Below are positions 1 through 6,892 of a stretch of DNA of 10,646 nt, one piece after another (positions within the stretch are counted from its first letter, which is position 1; the number at the start of each line of letters is the position of its first letter). Under the pieces are notes generated by a model. That model was not told the DNA's origin. It saw only the letters and a list, made by a program, of their open reading frames with translations, and made no database searches. The DNA comes from a virus: IMG/VR virus record IMGVR_UViG_3300018015_000341. One strand, 5' to 3'. A program made the position numbers and the translations under genes.

Positions 1-2010
1 CAGGCTTGTTGCAATAGTATCGTCTGTAATTCTAACACTAAGCACTTCCACATCGTAGATATGCATTCCGTTCTCTTTGAACAAATGTCCAGGTCTTTCA
101 GTTGTCCCATTGGAAATACCTAGTACGGTGTCCCTTATTATATCGGTTGAGCTGTCATAGAATTCTTCAATTCCCTTCTTCTTGATAGCATTGTTGATAA
201 CTGACCTCAAATGCTGAGTTAGCAATTTAACATAATTCTCGACATCGAACCACTTTTCAGGATCGCCAACAAAGTTGACAAGGTACGATAGTCGTATCTC
301 AACCTTGACAAGATCTCTGGTTTCCACAGTAGTTATGTCTGACACTTTGTTGTTTGTTACTCTCAGATATGCAGTCTTAATTAATCTATCGTCACTCTTA
401 GGTTTGCCAGTTGACAACTCCATTATACCAAGAGACTCGTCATACTCAAGAAGTACAGTTTTCGGACCAACGACCACACGGCGGTTTCCTCCCTTGCCTA
501 TTATTAATATTGCATATCCTGTCCAGATGTCAATACTTACCGCCCCAGAATATTTGGTATCGAGAGTTATCATTCTGGGAGGAGTGAACGTTGTTTTTCT
601 GTCTATAGCGTCCCCTGCAAATTTTTCTTGAGAAATTCCCAATCCAAATGTTGTAATATTGTAACCTGGGATGGTACTTCCTGATAAAGATCTGGCATTT
701 CTCATTGCATCGTGTTCTGTAACAAATTCATCGGCTCTCTTGCTACGTGTGACTGACATCATCATTTTGTTATATTCCAATGCCTCATCATTTCCTGGGA
801 ACCATATCGAAGCAATCTTAGGATCTAAGACTCTTCTTACAATTACTTCCTTTCTTGGATCAGGTAGTAGCATTGTCGGCCCTCTCTTCAGTACTATTTC
901 TCCGCTTATACGATTTAATACATAGCGCGCCTCGCCAGCAGGAATCGCTACTGAATGATGTTTCTCCTGGCCATCATATTTAATAATAGCATGCTCAGGT
1001 CTCGGGTAATAAATCATACGATCCTTACCAGTTATAAATAATTCTTCTCCAACTTTATGGTCTTTTTCATCTTCATCTTTGTAATCCGCTATGATCTTGA
1101 TATATAACCCAGATATCTCGTTCAGTTCTATAGCACGAAATTTTTTGGAGTTGTTCTCTGTAATAAATGTTTCAGTTGGCTTAGGGAATACCACTGCAGG
1201 ACCTCTTACATATCTTTTGTTCCCATCTTCATCGAGGAGAATACAATATTCAAGCCTCTATAGAGTTACCGCTTTTCGCACAAAGCTATCGTTGAGGTTT
1301 TTGATATCATCTCTTTCTGGCAATACTTCAATACCAGTTGGGGGAATATAGAAAGATACTTCCGTACCCTTTATTGTTAACTGTTTTCCTGTGGTAAGAT
1401 CTGGTTTAGGTATCTCTTTTTCTTTTATACTTTTATTCTCTTTGTCTTCTTCTGACGTATTTATATCTTTATTTTCAACCTTGATTTCTATATCTTCCTT
1501 ATTAATAGTAACATTTGAAGGTTTGATAACCGCTTCATTCCAATTTTTTGTTGCTTCTTCTTCATTGTAAACGCGAACAAGCAAATATTCGTTGGATTTT
1601 AGATCATGCCCTGGAATAACTTTTGCAATCTGTCCTGCCCAGAGAGGAAATGTGATTGGTCCTCTTATATTAACTTTACGGCCATAGTCAAGTTCTTCCA
1701 TTCCGCTAGATCCTTGTTTAGGATGTTTGTCTTCTCTTGCAGGATTTTCCAGTACTAAATACGAACCATCTTTTGCAACTGGGAATTGTTTAATGGCAAC
1801 CTGAATATCGCATTCTACAAATTCTCTTTTTTCGTCATCATATCTTACAGGCTGATCAGTACCAGCCAATGATGTCTTAAATGGCCCTACGCAAACACCG
1901 ATAATCCCTTTTGTCTTGTCCAATACAAAGGCGAATTGGTTCTGAGCTATAATAAGATCTCTATCTCTCGCCAATCCGCTTCTTAATCTATCTCTTTCAA
2001 ATTCATCCAT
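1..2010 (-). CDS. Major vault protein (MVP)-like protein. The N-terminal part is the 250-aa ORF 1258..2010. The same reading frame continues without further stops through 1..1257 and leaves the window, so the protein is more than 669 aa. The two parts are separated only by a single in-frame TAG at 1258..1260. The gene is either interrupted (pseudogene or sequencing error) or translated by read-through or suppression.
   Basis: I hand-translated the minus strand of 1..1257 in the frame of the 250-aa ORF and found no other stop. The sequence reads ...FVRKAVTL*RLEYCILLDEDGNKRYVRGPAVVFPKPTETFITE.... There are several ~55-aa repeats of the vault pattern (G-x-x-W/L-x-V/I-x-G-P-x-x-Y/F-x-P-x-x-E-V), for example GKQLTIKGTEVSFYIPPTGIEVLPE, EYCILLDEDGNKRYVRGPAVVFPKP and GEIVLKEGPTMLLPDPRKEVIV. 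These match the repeat domains of eukaryotic MVP (compare [38 protein letters not shown]). A SPFH/band-7-like 'shoulder' segment follows (SDITTVETRDLVKVEIRLSYLVNFVGDPEKWFDV...LRSVINNAIKK). The TAG aligns with a position inside a conserved repeat, so a sense codon is expected there. The start has a Shine-Dalgarno: caGGAGAaatacaacATG (ATG = revcomp of 2008..2010). It is not in the ORF track because the C-terminal part has no stop inside the window. Confidence 0.7.
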
Positions 2011-2091
2011 GTTGTATTTCTCCTGAACAATTATTTCATTATTAACTATTATTTACTCCTATTCGTCATATTTCTCCTGACCGATGACTTC

Positions 2092-2883
2092 TTATTCGCC
2101 TGTATCCCCATTGGCAACCTTTTCTCTAGTTCTATTTAGGGATATATCGTAGTAATCCTCTAGTTCTTGATTCGTGCCTCTCAACCCTTCCATGACCTTT
2201 TCTGTCCAGTCTAGATACTCAATAAATCTTTCTTTTGTCCAATCTGGACTAGAGTTTATATTGCTAATTTTGTCAGCAATTTTTATGAGCTTTGCACCAA
2301 CTGACCTACTGGGAGCATCTTCGATTTGTAACCGTTTTCTTTCTGCTTTTGGCAAACTCTTATCATCAGTAACTTCCATAACGAGATCTAATACTTCCTG
2401 ACCAAAGAGTGAAAAAATTTCCTCAGGTTTGGTGTCAGTATCTTCAATAATATCATGTAATATTTCAGCAACCAGTACTGGAATATATCTGACTTTTCCA
2501 ATTATCCAAAGTATACTCAAAGCTTCTAACGGATGGTTTATATATGGCAACTTATCCTTATCCTTTCTTCTCTGGTTGCGATGTTTGATGGCAGAAAATT
2601 CTACAGCCCTGATTATCTTGTCTAGATCATCATCGCTAAACGTTGTTACAATAGTTTTGTGTGTCATGCACGATTCTTGTTCTCTTCCAAGATTCTTGAA
2701 AACTTTGACTTCATCATTTCTCACAAAAATATGATTTTCTGTTATCTTGAACTCTTCTCCACACTCTGGACATTCTTCTATATTTCCTAAATCTTCATAT
2801 GCTTGTCTTAATCCGTCGTATACCTTGATTGTCTGTCCTTCACATTCCCATGACAAGCATATTAGCTCGAACTTATGACTCAT
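2092..2883 (-). CDS. MESH1/HDDC3-type small alarmone hydrolase ((p)ppGpp 3'-pyrophosphohydrolase of the RelA/SpoT HD-domain family). It carries an N-terminal ~80-aa Cys4 zinc-ribbon extension.
   Basis: The HD hydrolase motifs are near-identical to metazoan MESH1 and bacterial SAH: AIKHRNQRRKDKDKLPYINHPLEALSIL (His-Asp metal site), ILHDIIEDTDTKPEEIFSLFGQEVLDLVMEVTDDKSLPKAERKRLQIEDAPSRSVGAKLIKIADKISNI (ED/DTD motif plus the KLADRLhN-like helix). N-terminus: C-x3-C (CLSWEC) ... C-x2-C (CPEC). Stop is TAA (2092..2094). A GGAAG-like Shine-Dalgarno lies upstream of the ATG at 2881..2883. Confidence 0.88.
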   Translation of the reverse strand: MSHKFELICLSWECEGQTIKVYDGLRQAYEDLGNIEECPECGEEFKITENHIFVRNDEVKVFKNLGREQESCMTHKTIVTTFSDDDLDKIIRAVEFSAIKHRNQRRKDKDKLPYINHPLEALSILWIIGKVRYIPVLVAEILHDIIEDTDTKPEEIFSLFGQEVLDLVMEVTDDKSLPKAERKRLQIEDAPSRSVGAKLIKIADKISNINSSPDWTKERFIEYLDWTEKVMEGLRGTNQELEDYYDISLNRTREKVANGDTGE

Positions 2884-2928
2884 TTTGTATATCTTCCTAT
2901 CTTTTCAAGTTTTATTTTGACATCGTTT

Positions 2929-3702
2929 TTATCCTGAAATGGCTACTATTTCAATTTCTGGATCTGTCTGTTGTGTGTTTTGAGACAATTCCAGGGGGGT
3001 TTGGTTTTGTACAGCCATCTGATCACTTCTCTCTCCGGTAACTGTTTCAACTGTTTTTTCGATGGATTTAGCTGTTTCTTCATGTTCTTCTGCAGGTTTT
3101 GCCTTTTGTAAACCTTGCTCTTGATCTGCCTTTTGTAAACCTTGATCTTGTTCTGCCTTTTGTAAACATTGCTCTTGCTCTGCCCTTTGTTTGCACATAC
3201 GCAGATATTTTTCAGTGAATTCCATGCCTCTTAGTTCGTACCCTTTGAATATCCCTTTGTTTATTGTTGGATAATCTTTGCACTTTAGACATATGAACTT
3301 TATCGCAGGTCTTGGAGTACTGTTCTTATTATTGTCAGCAATTCTATCTATCTTTGTGACAACACTATATGTTTTGCATTTGTCACAAGGTAAAAGATGT
3401 CCTCTTCTATATTTCGTATGCTTTCCGTCTACCATACATTTGTTCTTGTGCTTCAGCGTACAACCGACAATAATGTCATGTCTGGAACAACTATCGCAAT
3501 CGTTTTTTATATCGTCATTTCTTAGATAATGTTCATTTTTTGGAAAATTTTCGTTTGGTAATAATTTCTTTTTTTCGTCTGTTACTATTTGGTCTATTAA
3601 AGACATTATAGCCTTTTCGAACGTTTCCACTCTACTTTTTTCGCCGTGACCAAACTCTATACATATATTATGCAATATTTCGGAATAAGACTTTTTTTCC
3701 AT
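2929..3702 (-). CDS. Hypothetical Cys-rich protein (257 aa). It has multiple C-x2-C zinc-ribbon-like pairs, then three in-frame 9-aa Q/E-rich repeats, then an acidic tail. Function unknown.
   Basis: Complete ORF with a strong Shine-Dalgarno: aaAAGGAGAGtaaaaaATG (ATG = revcomp 3700..3702). Stop is TAA. Cys pairs: CDSCS...GC...C, PCDKC, ICLKC. The repeat LQKAEQ(E/D)QG is encoded by 27-bp DNA repeats. Confidence 0.6.
   Translation of the reverse strand: MEKKSYSEILHNICIEFGHGEKSRVETFEKAIMSLIDQIVTDEKKKLLPNENFPKNEHYLRNDDIKNDCDSCSRHDIIVGCTLKHKNKCMVDGKHTKYRRGHLLPCDKCKTYSVVTKIDRIADNNKNSTPRPAIKFICLKCKDYPTINKGIFKGYELRGMEFTEKYLRMCKQRAEQEQCLQKAEQDQGLQKADQEQGLQKAKPAEEHEETAKSIEKTVETVTGERSDQMAVQNQTPLELSQNTQQTDPEIEIVAISG
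3101..3190. repeat. In-frame 27-bp tandem repeat, 3 full copies (3101-3127, 3128-3154, 3155-3181) plus a partial fourth, inside the 257-aa CDS.
   Basis: gccttttgtaaaccttgctcttgatct / gccttttgtaaaccttgatcttgttct / gccttttgtaaacattgctcttgctct, with 3-4 mismatches between copies. 27 bp is 9 codons, giving the peptide repeat ...QKAEQEQCLQKAEQDQGLQKADQEQGLQKA.... Confidence 0.85.
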
Positions 3703-3714
3703 TTTTTACTCTCC

Positions 3715-3740
3715 TTTTTTGTTATTCTTTTTTGTTATTC
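3715..3740. promoter_or_regulatory. Perfect 13-bp tandem direct repeat (ttttttgttattc x2; minus-strand GAATAACAAAAAA x2). It sits immediately upstream of the Shine-Dalgarno of the 257-aa gene and is a candidate operator or promoter element.
   Basis: Copies at 3715-3727 and 3728-3740. They share the core AATAACAAA with the repeat pair upstream of the ATPase gene (6477-6518). Confidence 0.4.
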
Positions 3741-3776
3741 TTTTCTGCAGATCAGTTTCGTATAAGTTCCATTATT

Positions 3777-3935
3777 CTATGTTTTTGTATAAACTCTTTT
3801 TGTAGGACGTCTGCTCCTTATACCAATTCTCATTGTCTTCGAATACTCATTTTTTGAGTTACGTCTTCTTCTCGCACCGATCCATTTTGTCTTATGACAT
3901 TCGTTTTTTGAGTTGCGTCTTCTTCTTGCATACAT
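3777..3935 (-). CDS. Candidate small ORF encoding a 52-aa, extremely Arg/Lys-rich peptide with an internal duplication: MYARRRRNSKNECHKTKWIGARRRRNSKNEYSKTMRIGIRSRRPTKRVYTKT.
   Basis: The ATG (revcomp 3933..3935) is preceded by ttAGGTGcggacaATG. The Shine-Dalgarno overlaps the TAG stop of the upstream ATPase gene, an arrangement typical of translational coupling. The frame stays open for 53 codons in AT-rich DNA. The ARRRRNSKNE duplication is encoded by two ~29-bp direct repeats (about 3849-3877 and 3903-3931). It is below the 60-aa cutoff of the ORF track. It could instead be non-coding repeat DNA. Confidence 0.3.
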   Translation of the reverse strand: MYARRRRNSKNECHKTKWIGARRRRNSKNEYSKTMRIGIRSRRPTKRVYTKT

Positions 3936-3944
3936 TGTCCGCAC

Positions 3945-6437
3945 CTAACTAAATAATATATTTTCAAATGCTTTTAAATATGGCATACCATTTATGTCTT
4001 CTGCAAACAATGGCATATATATCCTATTGATATCTGGATACATTTTATCAACCATATTTATGTATCTATTTTGGTGATTTCTTCTTGCTTTACAAAATGC
4101 ACAGTCAAGGTTTGACTGAATGTTATTTATCACCATGTTATTGACTTTTACTCCAGCACTATATAGACTTATGACCAGTCTTTTAGTTTCTTCTATTGCC
4201 ATTAAATCAGGAATAGTTACTATCAAGAATTCTGTTTTGTCTTTATCTGTAATCAGCGTGTGTGCCCTATATATGCTTGCACCCAAATTTTTTATAAATG
4301 TATCTATGTCACCAGTTCTTGCTCCCATCAGTTTCATTATACCTTTATATCTATTATGTAATCCTGAAAAGAACATCAGCCAACTATTTACAACATTTGG
4401 CGCTCCCAATAGTCTTAAAGTATGCCCAGTAGGGGCTGTATCAACACATATAGTTCTATATGAGTTGTTATCTATAAACTCTGATAATTTTACCAGGGAC
4501 ATAAATTCGTCTATTCCTGGTATTGTCAGGTCCATTGCATGATCTGCCTCTTTTTCATTTAAGTTGGCTGTCTTTGTAAGCAACTCTCTGATTGCTCCTT
4601 GATTTGCACCCTTGAATTCTCCCATAAGTTGGTCAGCGTCTATCTCAATTGCGTCCAGCGTGTTTGTTATTCTAGTTGGAGTATCTCCAATTTTTATATT
4701 GAACGAGTCACTTATAGAGTGAGCAGGATCTGTTGAAAACAACAATATCTTTCCTCTCTGTCCTGTTTGGACCAATCTTTCTGATAGATGTAAAGCTATC
4801 GTAGATGAAGTCGTAGTATTATGATTAATAATCGAATTCCCTATATATGAGTGGACATCGTCTATTGCCACATCGTACACTCTGATATTTTCATCCTTGA
4901 TCTCTGTTACATTGTCAGTTATGAACTGATCTGCTATCGTTTCCAAATATTCATACTCAGGCAAATACGATACAGGCTTCATTACTGAAAGTATGTGTCT
5001 TAGGGCATATACTGATGGCTGTCCTTTTGTTATATACCAATATATTAATTGTTGGTCATTTTTTAGATATGTTCTGCAACTGACGGATTTCTTCCTGTTC
5101 AATTTGAACATTTTTTCTCCTATAACAAAATCCTCTTGCCATTCTTGCACTATCTTTCCATTTTGACCTAGTATCTTTAATTCCTCATATAACTTATTTA
5201 AAATTTTTCCGATGTTACGATATGTAACATCTGACCATCTGTCTCTGTTTTCTAATATCTTGACACACTCGTTTAGAATTTCTTTTTTTCTTGAAAGACC
5301 GAAGTTTATTATTTCCGAGAATTTAAGTACTTCTCCTCCTAATATAATTAGTCTATAACTTTCTTCGTACTCTCTGATCTCTTCTCTATACTCAAGTTTT
5401 TTGGTACCTTTTTTGCTGGATAACCTTCCAACTATCCCAAAGTTTAATAGCATTATTTGTAATTGTCTACATAGCTCATACGATGAACTATTATATTCTA
5501 CATACTGGTGACTATCGTCACCATTTCCTACTGTTCCGTCACCATCGAATAATGCTCTTATAAAAGATATTTGGGAATCTCTGTCCGCTTGGAGGATGGA
5601 CCATGGGACCTCTTTGTTTTGCGCCAATTTTCTATATCCCAGATAGTACACAAACTCCTTAAAAGCCACAGAGTTTATGTCAACACCGACAAGTTTTTTA
5701 TCAACATATTTTTCACAAGCGTCTATATTGATTGATTTACATGTGGCTAATGATCTATCGATCATCTCTTTATCGTGGCTAGTTATAATAACACTGGTTG
5801 AATCGTCATTTGCTTCTGCAATTATATATCCCAACAATTCTGCTATATCAGGATTCATATAGCTTACATTTTTCAGCGTTTGATTTTCGCAGTTACTTTC
5901 CTTTTTTCTTTTATGGAAGAAGTTCAACTTCAATCTTTCATTAAAAACATTCATATTATATGATATGATTACTTGATCCGACGTAGAAATGTCTTGTAAT
6001 TTTTTAAATCTTAGTTTCCCATTTCCATCTATTATTATTATCCTATGCTCAGGCGTTCCTGATATTTCCAACCCAAGTCTTGTCTTTATGCTTATAACAT
6101 CGCTTTCTCCCATATCATATCTATCTATTATTTTATATTTGCTATAACTCAACTTTGGAGAAATCGATATTATATTATCGACATTCTTTATGTTATCGTC
6201 TTCTTCTTTTAGCATTTCATTAATGTCATCATCGTTTCTATCGTAGATACTGTCATATAGATTTGTCTGTCCACGATCTATATTTCTATTACTGAAATCT
6301 ATTTTCTTGTGAACAATGTCTTCAATCTTTATTATACCTCTATCGGTCAATATTAGAGTATTCCCACGCACACATTTACCAACCCCTCCCTTCCCTCCGA
6401 CAAATACCAATCTTTTATTTTCTAATGTTAATACCAT
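3945..6437 (-). CDS. Get3/ArsA-family (SIMIBI-class) ATPase precursor of 830 aa. The mature extein is about 311 aa. It is a single ArsA-type domain with a CXXC motif, like archaeal and eukaryotic Get3/TRC40. It is interrupted by a 519-aa intein inserted in the P-loop.
   Basis: N-extein: MVLTLENKRLVFVGGKGGVGK (deviant Walker A GKGGVGK). C-extein resumes with TTTSSTIALHLSERLVQTGQRGKILLFSTDPAHSISDSF (ArsA/Get3 STDPAHSLSD motif). It also has ...ICVDTAPTGHTLRLLGAP (the DTAPTGHT signature) and ...NLDCAFCKARRNH (CXXC). The Shine-Dalgarno is ctAGGAGActgaaattaaatATG. Stop is TAG (3945..3947). Confidence 0.88.
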   Translation of the reverse strand: MVLTLENKRLVFVGGKGGVGKCVRGNTLILTDRGIIKIEDIVHKKIDFSNRNIDRGQTNLYDSIYDRNDDDINEMLKEEDDNIKNVDNIISISPKLSYSKYKIIDRYDMGESDVISIKTRLGLEISGTPEHRIIIIDGNGKLRFKKLQDISTSDQVIISYNMNVFNERLKLNFFHKRKKESNCENQTLKNVSYMNPDIAELLGYIIAEANDDSTSVIITSHDKEMIDRSLATCKSINIDACEKYVDKKLVGVDINSVAFKEFVYYLGYRKLAQNKEVPWSILQADRDSQISFIRALFDGDGTVGNGDDSHQYVEYNSSSYELCRQLQIMLLNFGIVGRLSSKKGTKKLEYREEIREYEESYRLIILGGEVLKFSEIINFGLSRKKEILNECVKILENRDRWSDVTYRNIGKILNKLYEELKILGQNGKIVQEWQEDFVIGEKMFKLNRKKSVSCRTYLKNDQQLIYWYITKGQPSVYALRHILSVMKPVSYLPEYEYLETIADQFITDNVTEIKDENIRVYDVAIDDVHSYIGNSIINHNTTTSSTIALHLSERLVQTGQRGKILLFSTDPAHSISDSFNIKIGDTPTRITNTLDAIEIDADQLMGEFKGANQGAIRELLTKTANLNEKEADHAMDLTIPGIDEFMSLVKLSEFIDNNSYRTICVDTAPTGHTLRLLGAPNVVNSWLMFFSGLHNRYKGIMKLMGARTGDIDTFIKNLGASIYRAHTLITDKDKTEFLIVTIPDLMAIEETKRLVISLYSAGVKVNNMVINNIQSNLDCAFCKARRNHQNRYINMVDKMYPDINRIYMPLFAEDINGMPYLKAFENILFS
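4818..6374 (-). mobile_element. Intein (519 aa, residues C22-N540 of the precursor) carrying a LAGLIDADG-family homing-endonuclease domain. It is inserted between GKGGVGK and TTT of the ATPase P-loop.
   Basis: It has the canonical splicing blocks. Block A is Cys1 (CVRGNTLILTDRGIIKIEDI), with the Cys codon at 6372..6374. Block B is TxxH (GTPEHRI). Blocks F/G are VYDVAIDDVHSYIGNSIINHN, ending in HN with +1 Thr at 4815..4817. Two LAGLIDADG motifs are present: ELLGYIIAEAN (about 5808..5837) and FIRALFDGDGTV (about 5529..5564). Removing it restores a contiguous Walker A motif, GKGGVGKTTT. Confidence 0.85.
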
Positions 6438-6476
6438 ATTTAATTTCAGTCTCCTAGTTGTCGTAATTGAAATAGT

Positions 6477-6518
6477 ATCTATTTGTTATTATGATAAAAA
6501 TATCATCTATTTGTTATT
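6477..6518. promoter_or_regulatory. Pair of perfect 14-bp direct repeats (atctatttgttatt; minus-strand AATAACAAATAGAT) spaced 28 bp apart in the 100-bp gap upstream of the ATPase gene. Candidate operator or promoter element.
   Basis: Copies at 6477-6490 and 6505-6518, with TATTTT and TATCAT -10-like hexamers between and around them. The core AATAACAAA is shared with the 3715-3740 repeat. Confidence 0.4.
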
Positions 6519-6540
6519 TTAGCAATATCGCATAATAATA

Positions 6541-6888
6541 TTATGGATCTTTTGCAATTTCTATATCTTGACAGTCGTCCCCACTGGTCAATATGTCTTG
6601 TGGCAGCTTCGCCAGTCTCTCTACAGATTTCATGAATTCCTTATGAAATTCTGTAGAAGTTTTTAACATTCTGCATAATATAAGACTGAGCAACAAAAAT
6701 CTGGATTCGTGTGGGATATCCCTCTTTTCTATCTCTTCTACAAGTATATTTTTGCACACATTTGAGATATCAGATATCTCCTCTGTAGATATTCCGGCAG
6801 TATTGAGAATCTTCATCGCGGCGTATATGCTAACACCGATCTCTTTTGCAAACGCTTGCTCTATAATCATAGACTCTTTTTTTATCAT
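6541..6888 (-). CDS. Hypothetical protein of 115 aa. It is translationally coupled to the upstream PRAI-like gene. Function unknown; it may have a helix-turn-helix-like N-terminus.
   Basis: ATG at 6886..6888 lies 4 nt after the TGA of the upstream gene (gaaGGAaaaTGAtacaATG). Stop is TAA. It has no diagnostic motifs. Confidence 0.5.
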   Translation of the reverse strand: MIKKESMIIEQAFAKEIGVSIYAAMKILNTAGISTEEISDISNVCKNILVEEIEKRDIPHESRFLLLSLILCRMLKTSTEFHKEFMKSVERLAKLPQDILTSGDDCQDIEIAKDP

Positions 6889-6892
6889 TGTA

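Noticed and set aside
3848-3931. Rho-independent terminator downstream of the ATPase gene.
   Set aside because: The two 29-bp elements are direct repeats, not inverted, and no stable hairpin plus U-tract is evident. The region is better explained as a repeat-encoded small ORF or repeat DNA.
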